A stretch of DNA of 64,000 bases from Eubacteriales bacterium (GTDB lineage Bacteria > Bacillota > Clostridia > Oscillospirales > CAG-272). The notes under the pieces are model-generated. The model ran no database searches and was not told the origin of the DNA. It worked only from the letters and a program-made list of their open reading frames with translations. Positions 35,096-44,447 of the stretch are shown piece by piece (position 1 is the stretch's first letter; every line of letters begins with the position of its first letter). The stretch spans positions 3,066-67,065 of the forward strand of contig JBGVQK010000026.1 in assembly GCA_045127455.1 (NCBI GenBank), read 5' to 3'. The translations under genes were made by a program, and so were the position numbers.

Positions 35096-35554
35096 ATGGC
35101 ACGTCAGCAGATCGACACTGCGGGAAAGACCGAAACCTTTTTTACGCGCAACGTCAAGCTCATTACGTTTCTTATCTGCGTCGTTGTTATCCTTTCTCCC
35201 TTTGTTCTCACCTACATACAAGATACCATTGAGGATAAGCGCCTTGAAAAGCGCCCCGAAATGACGGTTGACAATCTTGTTGCCATTGCCGAGCGGGGCG
35301 ATGATCTGCGCCAGCGCGATCTTTCAAACTTTGTAGGCTATCGCACCGAGGTTGAAATGCAGGGCATGAAATACGCGATGTATCGCATTCCCATTACACA
35401 CGAGGACGATCTTGTCCTTTCCATCAGCTTTGATGCTTCTCTTGACTACGTCTTTCACCTCAAGCTGATCAATCAGGATACAAAAGAGGAGCTTGATCTG
35501 CTTTCCGATGAGGTGAAGGATCTTGAGGAGTTCCTTACGGGCTCCCTAAACTAA
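35096..35554 (+). CDS. single-pass membrane protein of unknown function
   Basis: 152 aa with one TM helix (LITFLICVVVILSPFVL). It sits where dgkA/cdd lie in Bacillus. Confidence 0.55.
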   Translation: MARQQIDTAGKTETFFTRNVKLITFLICVVVILSPFVLTYIQDTIEDKRLEKRPEMTVDNLVAIAERGDDLRQRDLSNFVGYRTEVEMQGMKYAMYRIPITHEDDLVLSISFDASLDYVFHLKLINQDTKEELDLLSDEVKDLEEFLTGSLN

Positions 35555-35579
35555 CCGACAAAAAAGGATTTTTGATTTT

Positions 35580-36464
35580 ATGAAAAGAACCGGATTTATA
35601 TCAATCGTAGGTCGCCCCAACGTGGGCAAATCCACCTTGCTTAACAGCATTCTGGGGGAAAAGATTGCAATTGTTTCCAGCAAGCCGCAAACCACGCGCA
35701 ACCGCATTGCGGGCATTGAAACGCGAGGAGACGATCAATTCGTTTTCCTTGATACCCCCGGCATCTTTAAGCCGCAAAACAGTCTTGGCGACTTTATGGT
35801 CAAAACTGCAAACAGCACGATGCAAGAGGGCGATATGGTCATTCTTGTTGCCGATGCGGGCTATGCTCCCGGTGACGTGGAAGAAGGCATCATTGCATAT
35901 CTCAAAAAGTCGGGCACGCCTGCCATTTTGGCGCTCAATAAGGTAGACCTCTACCGCCGCGAAAAGATCGCAGAGACCATTGCCGCCTATGCCGCAACGC
36001 ACGATTTTGAGGCGGTGGTTCCGATCTCCGCAAAAAAAGGAAAATATGTAAGCGAGGTGCTTGACGAATGCTCCAAGCTGTTGCGCGAGGGCGAGTGGTT
36101 CTACGATGAGGATATGATCACCGACCAACCGCAGCGCCAAATGGTTGCCGAGATCATTCGCGAGAAGATCTTGCGCACACTCGATAAAGAAATTCCGCAC
36201 GGTGTTGCAATTGTGGTTGAAGAATACCGCGACGAGGGCAGCATTGTTCGTATTCGTGCCGAGATCTTTTGCGAAAAAGCCTCGCACAAGGGTATTCTCG
36301 TTGGCAAAAACGGCGAGACGCTCAAGCGTATCGGCTCCTACGCTCGCGAGGATATGGAAAAGCTCTTGGATGCACAGGTCTACCTCAACCTTTGGGTAAA
36401 GGTTAAAGAAAACTGGCGTGACAGTGCACGCGGCATCCTCAATTTCGGTTATACCGAGGAATAA
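35580..36464 (+). CDS. era: GTPase Era
   Basis: GRPNVGKST, DTPG and NKVD motifs plus a C-terminal KH domain. Confidence 0.95.
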   Translation: MKRTGFISIVGRPNVGKSTLLNSILGEKIAIVSSKPQTTRNRIAGIETRGDDQFVFLDTPGIFKPQNSLGDFMVKTANSTMQEGDMVILVADAGYAPGDVEEGIIAYLKKSGTPAILALNKVDLYRREKIAETIAAYAATHDFEAVVPISAKKGKYVSEVLDECSKLLREGEWFYDEDMITDQPQRQMVAEIIREKILRTLDKEIPHGVAIVVEEYRDEGSIVRIRAEIFCEKASHKGILVGKNGETLKRIGSYAREDMEKLLDAQVYLNLWVKVKENWRDSARGILNFGYTEE

Positions 36465-36484
36465 AAAACAGAAAGGGAACTCTC

Positions 36485-37315
36485 ATGCGACACGAAAGTA
36501 TCGACGGGGTTGTTGTGCGCGTGCGTGACTACGGTGACCACGACCGCTATCTGTCGGTGCTTACGGCAGAGGCGGGGAGAATTATGATCCTCTCCAAGGG
36601 TGGGCATTCTCTCAAGGGGCCGCAAACCGCCATTAGTCAGCTCTACACCTACGCAAACTTTGAATATTACCGCAAAGGGGATTTTAACATCCTCAAGGGC
36701 GGCTCGGCTTATCAGCACTTTTATGCGCTCAGTATGGATATTGACCGCCTCAATCTCGCGGCATATCTGTGCGACCTTGCCTGCGAATTGACCGACGAGG
36801 GAGAGCCCGCCCCCGAAATGCTGCGCCTTTTGCTCAATTCGCTCTATGCCATTTCCAAGGAGCTTTATCCGCAAGAGATCATCAAGGGCGCATTTGAGCT
36901 CCGCGCAATGGCAATGTCGGGCTATGCCCCCGATCTTGGCACTTGCTCGGTGTGCGGCAGAGACCAAGACGAGCACTTTTATCTGCACATTATGAACGGC
37001 TCGCTTCTTTGCTCCGAATGTTTTTCAGAGAAGGGAAAAGAGGTTAAAAAGTTCACCGCTACTTCCTATGACGACATTCGCCAAAGCGAGACGGTTGCAG
37101 GGCTTACCCCTGCCGTGGTTGCGGCAATGCGATATGTGATGTGTGCTCCGCTTGAGCGACTGTTCGCGTTCGGGCTTGAAGAGGCATCCGACGTAGATGA
37201 TTTTGCACGCGCCGTGCAAACCTACGTGCTCTCTCACTTGGAGAGGGGCTTTGATTCACTTAATTTTTATCATACAATGCGAGCACCTGTGCCGCACAAG
37301 GAAACCAAGGTATGA
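36485..37315 (+). CDS. recO: DNA repair protein RecO
   Basis: The OB-fold N-terminus, the CxxC...CxxC zinc motif (CSVCG...CSEC) and the position after era all fit RecO. Confidence 0.88.
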   Translation: MRHESIDGVVVRVRDYGDHDRYLSVLTAEAGRIMILSKGGHSLKGPQTAISQLYTYANFEYYRKGDFNILKGGSAYQHFYALSMDIDRLNLAAYLCDLACELTDEGEPAPEMLRLLLNSLYAISKELYPQEIIKGAFELRAMAMSGYAPDLGTCSVCGRDQDEHFYLHIMNGSLLCSECFSEKGKEVKKFTATSYDDIRQSETVAGLTPAVVAAMRYVMCAPLERLFAFGLEEASDVDDFARAVQTYVLSHLERGFDSLNFYHTMRAPVPHKETKV

Positions 37316-39696
37316 ATTTTACACAAAAAACACTCACAACTCTTGAATTTGATAAGATCTGCGAAATGCTTGCCGACTGTGCTCCCACTGCGGGCGCGCA
37401 AGCCTTGGCGCGTAGATTGACACCGTCGAGCGATGCCGTCGAGGTATTGCGCCGTCAGCGCAGAACCACCGATGCGCGCAAACTGCTTGAAACCAAGGGC
37501 ATGCCGCCCTTTGGCACGGTGATCGACGTTGCCGATGCTTGCGAGCGTGCCGTTAAGGGCGCGGTGCTTTCGATGCGCGAAATTCTTGACGTAGGCAGGC
37601 TTTTGCGCTCTGCCCGTCAGGTAGGAGAGTACGCAAAGGCAAATCGCACCTTTGAAACAACGCTTGACGAAATATTCGGGCGCCTGCTTTCCAACCGACA
37701 TCTTGAGGATAGCATCTCGCGCTCTATCATTTCCGAGGATATGATCGCGGATGAAGCCAGCCGCGAGCTTGCCGAGATCCGCCGCAAGATCCGCGAATCC
37801 AACAATCGCATCAAAGAGACGCTGCAGCACTACATCAGCGGCTCTTATTCCAAAATACTCCAAGATAATATTGTCACTATGCGCAACGGGCGCTACGTTA
37901 TTCCCGTAAAGGCAGAGTGCAAGAATGAGCTTAAGGGACTTATTCACGATACGTCCTCTTCGGGTGCCACCATTTTTGTGGAGCCTATGGCGGTAGTGGA
38001 TGCCAATAACGAATTGCGCATGCTCCACTCCAAAGAGGAGCACGAGATTGAGCGCATTCTGTATTCCTTTTCGTCCGACATCAGCGCAGCATCCGAATCC
38101 TTGCGCCTCAATTACCTCAATTTGACCGAGCTTGCATTCCTCTTCACCTGCGCCGAGCTTTCCTTGCGTATGGGCGCGGTAGAGCCTCGCATTTCGGGTG
38201 AGCAAACGGTAGAGCTGCGCCGCGCAAGACATCCCCTTATCGACCCTAAAAAGGTCGTTCCCACCAACATCAAAATCGGTGGGGAATACGATACGCTCAT
38301 CATCACGGGTCCCAATACGGGCGGTAAGACCGTGACGCTGAAAACCGTAGGACTGTTTGCCCTAATGACGCAAGCGGGACTGCACATTCCTGCCGAGCCC
38401 GATTCCTCGATTTGCGTGTTCAGTCGCGTGCTTGTTGATATTGGCGACGAGCAGAGCATCGAGCAATCTCTTTCCACCTTTTCCTCGCACATGGTCAACA
38501 TCGTGCGCGTAATGGAAGAGGTCGACGAAAAATCCCTTTGCCTTTTTGATGAGCTTGGCGCGGGCACCGACCCCGTTGAGGGCGCGGCACTTGCCATTGC
38601 CATTATCGAGTCGGTTCGTCGCGTGGGTGCTCTCTGCATGGCAACTACGCACTACACCGAGCTCAAAACCTTTGCGCTTGATACCGAGGGTGTGCAAAAC
38701 GCATCCTGCGAGTTTGACGTTGCCACGCTCAAGCCGACCTACCGTCTTATGATCGGCACGCCCGGCAAATCCAATGCGTTTGCCATTTCTTCCAAGCTGG
38801 GACTGCCCGAGGAGATCATCAATCTTGCAAAAGAGAACGTCAATCGCGATCACCAACGCTTTGAAGAGGTTATCGAGCAGCTCGAAGCCACCCGTCTTGA
38901 AGCCGACCGCGCGCGAGACGAGGCAATGCAGCTCAAGCGCGACTACGAAAAGATCAAGAGTGATGCCGAAAAAGAGATCAAGACCCGCTTTTTTGAAGTG
39001 GAACGCCAAATTGAGCGTAACCGCCGCGAGGCACAGCAAATGCTGGATAGTGCAAGAGCCTCGAGCGATTTTATCTTTGCCCAGCTTGAAAAAGCCAAAA
39101 AGGCAGAGACCGAAAAGCGCCTCTCCGAGGAGCTTGACGAGGCACGCCGTGCCGTTCGTCGCGCCATTCGCGAGGGAGGCGAGAAGATAGACCCGGTTGA
39201 AGAAAAGAAGGACGAAAAATACGTTCTTCCGCGCGACCTCAAGTGCGGTGATAAGGTCTATATCGTTAACATTGATAAAGAGGGCGTTCTGCTTGAAACG
39301 CCCGATAAGAGCGGCTCTGTTTTGGTGCAGGCGGGCATTCTCAAAACGAGAACAAAGCTTTCCAACCTGCAGCTCATTGAAGAAAAGCCGCAAATCATCA
39401 GCGGCAAGCAAAAAAAGAACGCATCCGAGTTTCACTCAAAGATCAATCGCGATTTTCGCGATGAGATCGACCTGCGCGGTATGCTTGGCGACGAGGCTTG
39501 GCAAGCCGTTGATAAGTACCTTGACGAGGCGGTTATCGCCAACTTTGGGCGTGTGCGCCTCATTCACGGCAAGGGAACGGGTGCGCTCAAAAACGCCCTT
39601 TGGCAGCACCTCAAGCACGACCGCCGCGTGGCAAGCTTCCGCATAGCCGCCTATGGTGAGGGTGATGGCGGTGTAACCGTCGTAGAGCTCAAATAA
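37312..39696 (+). CDS. mutS2: endonuclease MutS2
   Basis: Walker A GPNTGGKT, DELGAGTDP, and a C-terminal Smr domain (IDLRGM...LIHGKGTGALK). Confidence 0.95.
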   Translation: MNFTQKTLTTLEFDKICEMLADCAPTAGAQALARRLTPSSDAVEVLRRQRRTTDARKLLETKGMPPFGTVIDVADACERAVKGAVLSMREILDVGRLLRSARQVGEYAKANRTFETTLDEIFGRLLSNRHLEDSISRSIISEDMIADEASRELAEIRRKIRESNNRIKETLQHYISGSYSKILQDNIVTMRNGRYVIPVKAECKNELKGLIHDTSSSGATIFVEPMAVVDANNELRMLHSKEEHEIERILYSFSSDISAASESLRLNYLNLTELAFLFTCAELSLRMGAVEPRISGEQTVELRRARHPLIDPKKVVPTNIKIGGEYDTLIITGPNTGGKTVTLKTVGLFALMTQAGLHIPAEPDSSICVFSRVLVDIGDEQSIEQSLSTFSSHMVNIVRVMEEVDEKSLCLFDELGAGTDPVEGAALAIAIIESVRRVGALCMATTHYTELKTFALDTEGVQNASCEFDVATLKPTYRLMIGTPGKSNAFAISSKLGLPEEIINLAKENVNRDHQRFEEVIEQLEATRLEADRARDEAMQLKRDYEKIKSDAEKEIKTRFFEVERQIERNRREAQQMLDSARASSDFIFAQLEKAKKAETEKRLSEELDEARRAVRRAIREGGEKIDPVEEKKDEKYVLPRDLKCGDKVYIVNIDKEGVLLETPDKSGSVLVQAGILKTRTKLSNLQLIEEKPQIISGKQKKNASEFHSKINRDFRDEIDLRGMLGDEAWQAVDKYLDEAVIANFGRVRLIHGKGTGALKNALWQHLKHDRRVASFRIAAYGEGDGGVTVVELK

Positions 39697-39708
39697 GGAG
39701 AGAGAATT

Positions 39709-40452
39709 ATGAAAACAATTAACGTAACCGTTTGGAATGAATTTCGTCACGAAAAGACCGACCCTGCGTGCAAAGCCGTTTATCCCGATGGACTTCACGC
39801 AACCATCAAGGCTTTTCTTGACGTCAACGAAGATATGAACGTGCGTTTGGCGGCACTTGACGACCCCGATAACGGTCTGCCCGACGAGATTTTGGAAAGC
39901 ACCGACGTTCTCATTTGGTGGGGTCATATGGCACACCATCTGGTGCCCGACGAGCTTGCCGAAAAGATCCGCGAGCGCGTGTATCTTGGCAAAATGGGCT
40001 TTATCGCCCTGCACTCTGCGCACAAGTCCAAGCCCTTCCGTGCTATTCTCGGCACAAACGGCAACCTCTCTTGGGGCAGAGAGCAAAAGGAGATCGTATG
40101 GACTCTCCTTCCCGCGCACGAGATCGCGGCAGGCATTCCCGACCACTTCCTTTTGCCCAAAGAGGAGCTTTACAGCGAGCCCTTCTACATTCCCCAACCC
40201 GACGAGCTCATCTTTTGCGGTTGGTTTGAGGATGGACACGTGATGCGTGCCGGTGCAACCTTCTACCGCGGCGCGGGCAAGGTGTTCTACCTGCAACCGG
40301 GCCACGAGACTTGTCCTGCTTATCACGATCCCAATATGCAACGCATCATCACCAATGCCGTTCGCTGGGCAAAGCCTAACGATTTTGGTTATACTATTAA
40401 GGACGAATGTCCGCAAATCACTTGGAAAACTGTTGACGAGTTCAACAAATAA
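39709..40452 (+). CDS. ThuA-domain protein (trehalose-utilisation-like, class-I glutamine-amidotransferase-like fold)
   Basis: The pattern VTVWNEFRHE...VLIWWGH..H...V and the size are typical of ThuA-like proteins. Confidence 0.65.
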   Translation: MKTINVTVWNEFRHEKTDPACKAVYPDGLHATIKAFLDVNEDMNVRLAALDDPDNGLPDEILESTDVLIWWGHMAHHLVPDELAEKIRERVYLGKMGFIALHSAHKSKPFRAILGTNGNLSWGREQKEIVWTLLPAHEIAAGIPDHFLLPKEELYSEPFYIPQPDELIFCGWFEDGHVMRAGATFYRGAGKVFYLQPGHETCPAYHDPNMQRIITNAVRWAKPNDFGYTIKDECPQITWKTVDEFNK

Positions 40453-40465
40453 TCATTGAAAAAAA

Positions 40466-40576
40466 GAAGAGTAAGAATATCGGCGCAGAATGATCTGTAG
40501 TGCCTGTCGAACGGGGAGTTGTCGATGGGACGAATAGGGAAGAATCCCTTGCGGTCGGTATTTTGCATCCCGCTTC
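40466..40576 (+). promoter_or_regulatory. THF (folT-motif) riboswitch candidate
   Basis: GAAGAGUAA...GAAUAUC...GGUAUUU-UGCAUCCCGCUUC matches my recollection of the THF-I aptamer in conserved GAGUA and UGCAUCC(C)GCU blocks. P1 (GAAG/CUUC) and P2 (GAAUAUC/GGUAUUU) are pairable. It lies upstream of a folate ECF S-component gene. Confidence 0.6.
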
Positions 40577-40586
40577 ATCGGCTGCG

Positions 40587-40611
40587 GTGGCATAAGAATG
40601 CCTCCTTTTTG
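40587..40611 (+). terminator. expression-platform terminator of the THF riboswitch
   Basis: ggtggcat-aaga-atgcctcc followed by ttttt, 35 nt before the folT ATG. Confidence 0.6.
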
Positions 40612-40645
40612 CCAACGAAACGAGGTGGAAGGAGGTTTATTGATT

Positions 40646-41185
40646 ATGAAAAACGAAGCTTCTAAAAAACGTCTTGGCAACAATTTGCGCCTTTTGGCGG
40701 TTTCTGCCTTTCTTGCTGCGCTTAGTATCGTCTGCGGCAAATATTTAGCACTTCCCGTGGGCAACGTGTTGCGCTTCAGCTTTGAAAATTTGCCCATTCT
40801 TTTGGCAGGTATGATGTTTGGCCCCATAACGGGAGTCCTTGTTGGCATTGTTGCCGACGTTTTGGGCTGTGTGATGGTGGCGTATACCATCAATCCGCTT
40901 GTCACCCTTGGTGCGGCTTGCATCGGGCTTTTGGGAGGAGTATTGTTCCGCCTAACCAAAAAGCTGCCCCTTTTGTGGCAGACCTGCATCACCGTCATCC
41001 TGACACACCTTGTGGCATCTGTCATAGTTAAGACCTTTGGCCTTGCGGCATACTACGATATGCCGTTCCACATTTTGCTTTTGTGGAGACTTTTGAACTA
41101 TGCCGTTGTAGGCGTTGTTGAGTGGCTACTTTTGTATACGATACTCAAAAACCAAGCCCTGCGCCGCAGTTTTGAGTCGCTGTGA
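40646..41185 (+). CDS. folT: folate-family ECF transporter S component
   Basis: About 179 aa with 6 TM helices. The N-terminus KKRLGNNLRLLAVSAFLAALSIVCGKYLALPVGNVLRFSFENLP is typical of FolT. The gene sits next to folC. Confidence 0.75.
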   Translation: MKNEASKKRLGNNLRLLAVSAFLAALSIVCGKYLALPVGNVLRFSFENLPILLAGMMFGPITGVLVGIVADVLGCVMVAYTINPLVTLGAACIGLLGGVLFRLTKKLPLLWQTCITVILTHLVASVIVKTFGLAAYYDMPFHILLLWRLLNYAVVGVVEWLLLYTILKNQALRRSFESL

Positions 41186-41195
41186 GGATATTGAT

Positions 41196-42476
41196 ATGAA
41201 TTACGAACAAGCACTCGAATATATCCACTCGGTAAACTGGGCGTTTTGCAAGCCCGGCCTTGAGCGCATCACCGCGCTTTGCAAAGCGCTTGGAGACCCG
41301 CAAAAAAAGCTGCGCTTCATTCACGTGGCGGGCACAAACGGCAAGGGCTCAACCTCTGCTATGCTTGCATCTGTTTTGCAAAAGGCAGGGTACCGTACGG
41401 GACTTTACACCTCCCCCTACATTCGCACCTTTTGTGAGCGTATTCGCATGGATGGCGAGAATATTCCCGAAGATAAGCTTGCGGCATTGACCGATCGCAT
41501 TCGTCCCATTGCCGAAAAAATGGCGGACAAGCCCACCGAATTTGAGCTCATCACCGCGCTTGCATTTGCTTATTTTGCAGAATGTGCGTGCGACGTTGTG
41601 GTTTTGGAGGTTGGACTTGGCGGTCGCTTGGATTCGACAAACGTCATCGAGAATACCGCGCTCTCCATCATTACGGGCATTGATTTTGACCACACCGCGC
41701 TTCTGGGTAACACCATAGAGGAGATCGCACGCGAAAAAGCGGGCATCATCAAGCCCGGCCGTCCTATTCTTTTTGGCGGCGGCAAGGGCGTGGCGTTTGA
41801 TACCGTTTGCGCAGTCGCGCAAGAAAAAAACGCCCCCTTTTATTGCGTTGACCGCTCTTCCTACAAAGAAAGAGCCGCCACGCTTGAGGGAACAGTATTT
41901 GATTACTTGCACTATACAAATTTGCATCTGCCCCTGCTTGGCGCATATCAGCCATACAACGCAACGCTGGTGCTGAGTGCCATTTGTTTGTTGCGCGAGC
42001 AAGGCTTTTCGATTGCGGAAGGTGCCGTTCGCGAAGGTCTTTTGGCGGTGCGTTGGCCTGCGCGCTTTGAGCTTCTTTCGCGCGACCCCATCATCATTTA
42101 CGACGGTGGGCACAACCCAGAGGGCGTGCGCGCTGCCGTGGCAAGCGTAAAAGCATATTTCCCCAATCAAAAGGTCAATCTGCTTGGCGGTGTTATGGCG
42201 GATAAGGATAGGGGCGAAATGATTGAGACTATGAAGCCCATTGCCGCTTGCGCATTTGCGGTCACGCCCAACAATCCACGTGCTCTTACGGCCGACGAGT
42301 ATGCCGCACAGCTTGCGTCCTTCGGCATTCCTGCCACGTCCTATGCAAGCGTTGCCGAGGGTGTCAAAGCCGCCATAGGATCGAGCAAAAAAGAGGGCAT
42401 TCCTCTTATCTGCCTCGGTTCGCTTTATCTCTATGAGGAAGTCGAAAAAGCCGTTCGCGGCTTGCTTCGTTCCTAA
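41196..42476 (+). CDS. folC: folylpolyglutamate synthase / dihydrofolate synthase
   Basis: HVAGTNGKGS P-loop and Mur-ligase-family layout. Confidence 0.92.
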   Translation: MNYEQALEYIHSVNWAFCKPGLERITALCKALGDPQKKLRFIHVAGTNGKGSTSAMLASVLQKAGYRTGLYTSPYIRTFCERIRMDGENIPEDKLAALTDRIRPIAEKMADKPTEFELITALAFAYFAECACDVVVLEVGLGGRLDSTNVIENTALSIITGIDFDHTALLGNTIEEIAREKAGIIKPGRPILFGGGKGVAFDTVCAVAQEKNAPFYCVDRSSYKERAATLEGTVFDYLHYTNLHLPLLGAYQPYNATLVLSAICLLREQGFSIAEGAVREGLLAVRWPARFELLSRDPIIIYDGGHNPEGVRAAVASVKAYFPNQKVNLLGGVMADKDRGEMIETMKPIAACAFAVTPNNPRALTADEYAAQLASFGIPATSYASVAEGVKAAIGSSKKEGIPLICLGSLYLYEEVEKAVRGLLRS

Positions 42477-42481
42477 ATAAA

Positions 42482-42523
42482 CGTGAGTTCGAAACCATCC
42501 TCACGAAAAACAAAACTAAGGAG
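42482..42523 (+). promoter_or_regulatory. preQ1-I riboswitch candidate
   Basis: CGUGAG-UUCGAAACCAUC-CUCACG-AAAAACAAAACUAAGGAG is a short stem followed by an A-rich tail ending in ACUAAGGA that overlaps the SD. This resembles the known Bacillus and Thermoanaerobacter preQ1-I aptamers. It lies upstream of queT. Confidence 0.7.
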
Positions 42524-42533
42524 AACTCCAAAA

Positions 42534-43046
42534 ATGAAAAACACAACAACCAAAAACAGCCTTGCTTACATCAGCGAGGCGAGTGCCATTGCCGCACTCT
42601 ACGTAGCCATTACCGTTGCTATCGGTCCGCTGGGGAACGCCGCTATTCAATGCCGCATTTCCGAAGCAATGTGCATTTTGCCCATCTTCACCCCCGCGGC
42701 AATTCCGGGGCTGACCATTGGGTGCTTGATTTCCAACGTTGCAACGGGATGCCTTTGGCAGGACGTTCTGTTTGGAACGCTCGCAACCCTGATCGGAGCT
42801 ATCGGTGCGCGCCTTTTGCGCCGCGTTTGGTTCTTGGCACCGCTTCCCACGGTCGTGGCGAACACACTCATCGTGCCCTTTGTTCTGTCGTATGCCTACG
42901 GCGTACCGGACGGAATTCCGTTTTTGATGCTTACGGTTGGCATCGGTGAGGTCATTTCGGCATACGTGCTTGGCATTGCGCTTTATTTTGCACTTCGCAA
43001 AAATGCTCGATATATCTTTAAAAACGCACCAAAAGAAAAGATTTGA
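42534..43046 (+). CDS. queT: queuosine-precursor transporter QueT
   Basis: Small polytopic protein with SEASAIAALYVAITVAIGPLG..IQCRISEA, typical of QueT, and preQ1 riboswitch context. Confidence 0.75.
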   Translation: MKNTTTKNSLAYISEASAIAALYVAITVAIGPLGNAAIQCRISEAMCILPIFTPAAIPGLTIGCLISNVATGCLWQDVLFGTLATLIGAIGARLLRRVWFLAPLPTVVANTLIVPFVLSYAYGVPDGIPFLMLTVGIGEVISAYVLGIALYFALRKNARYIFKNAPKEKI

Positions 43047-43069
43047 ATTTGTGAAAGGAGGTCGCGTAT

Positions 43070-44413
43070 ATGGAGCTTGATATCACCTTACCCACGCCTG
43101 TGGCGCGTGCGCTGTCCGTTTTGGAAGCGTGCGGCTACGAAGGCTATACCGTTGGCGGTTGCGTGCGCGACAGTCTCCTTGGCCGCACCCCAAACGATTG
43201 GGATATTACCACCAACGCCACACCCGAAGAGATGAAGGTCTGCTTCAAGGGTTTTCGCGTGATTGAGACCGGCATTCGCCACGGAACTCTGACCGTTATC
43301 GTTGACGGTATGCAGCTTGAGATCACCACCTATCGCAACGATGGGGAATACCTTGACAACCGTCACCCCGTGCAAGTGACTTTTTCTAAAAACATCGAGG
43401 ACGACCTCTCGCGCCGCGATTTTACCGTGAACGCAATGGCATATCATCCCCAAAAAGGATTTGTCGATCTGTTCGGCGGCAGAGAGGATCTGCAAAACAG
43501 AATCATTCGCGCCGTAGGCGACGCCAAAACGCGATTTGAGGAGGACGGCTTGCGCATTCTGCGTGCCATTCGTTTTGCATCTGTTCTTGACTTTGATATT
43601 GCAGAGGACACTGCAAAAGCCGTTCATGCGTGTAAAAATCTGCTCTCGGGCATTGCTGCCGAGCGCATTCGTGAGGAGCTTTGCAAGCTGATCTGCGGGC
43701 GTGGAGCGGTACGCATTCTGCGCGAGTATATCGATGTGATCGCCGTCTTTTTGCCCGAACTTGCCCGTTGTGTCGGCTTTGAGCAAAACACCAAGTACCA
43801 TTGCTACGACGTTTTTGAGCACACCTTGCAAGCGCTCTCTCTTTGCAAGGATGCGGACCTTGTTACACGCCTTGGCATTCTTTTGCACGATATCGGCAAG
43901 CCTTTGTGCTACACCGAGGACGAGCAGGGCGGACACTTTAAGGGACACGCGCCTGTTGGTGTAGAGATTACCAAAGAAGTGCTTTCACGCCTGCGCTTTG
44001 ATAATGAAACAATACGACGTATGGAGCTTTTGGTCGAGTGGCACGACATTCCGCTTTCAGCCGAGAAAAAGCGTGTCAAGCGTCTTTTGCAAAAGCTTTC
44101 GGATGAGGATATCCTGCGCCTTTTGGAGATCAAGCGTTGTGACCGCCTCGCGCACGCGCCAGATTTTCGGGAGATGCCCCCCGACCTTGCGCTCATTCCA
44201 TCGGTTATGGAAGAGATCCGCGCCGAGGATGCTTGCCTTTCTCTGCGTACACTTGCCATTGGCGGTGATGATCTAATGGCGCTTGGCGTTCCCAAGGGAA
44301 AGCAAATCGGTGAGCTTCTCCACGCGCTCCTCGATGACGTTATCGAAGAACGCTTGCCCAACGAAAAAGAAGCCCTTTTGCAAGCCGCAAAAGAGCGTAT
44401 GAAAAAAGCATAA
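43070..44413 (+). CDS. cca: CCA-adding tRNA nucleotidyltransferase with an HD domain
   Basis: GGCVRD and RRDFTxNA motifs, plus an HD motif LLHDIGKP. Confidence 0.92.
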   Translation: MELDITLPTPVARALSVLEACGYEGYTVGGCVRDSLLGRTPNDWDITTNATPEEMKVCFKGFRVIETGIRHGTLTVIVDGMQLEITTYRNDGEYLDNRHPVQVTFSKNIEDDLSRRDFTVNAMAYHPQKGFVDLFGGREDLQNRIIRAVGDAKTRFEEDGLRILRAIRFASVLDFDIAEDTAKAVHACKNLLSGIAAERIREELCKLICGRGAVRILREYIDVIAVFLPELARCVGFEQNTKYHCYDVFEHTLQALSLCKDADLVTRLGILLHDIGKPLCYTEDEQGGHFKGHAPVGVEITKEVLSRLRFDNETIRRMELLVEWHDIPLSAEKKRVKRLLQKLSDEDILRLLEIKRCDRLAHAPDFREMPPDLALIPSVMEEIRAEDACLSLRTLAIGGDDLMALGVPKGKQIGELLHALLDDVIEERLPNEKEALLQAAKERMKKA

Positions 44414-44447
44414 GCAATTTTTCATTGCTTATGCTTTTCTTTTTTAT
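44404..44447. terminator. bidirectional intrinsic terminator
   Basis: aaaagcataagcaat-ttttc-attgcttatgctttt lies between convergent genes. Confidence 0.85.
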
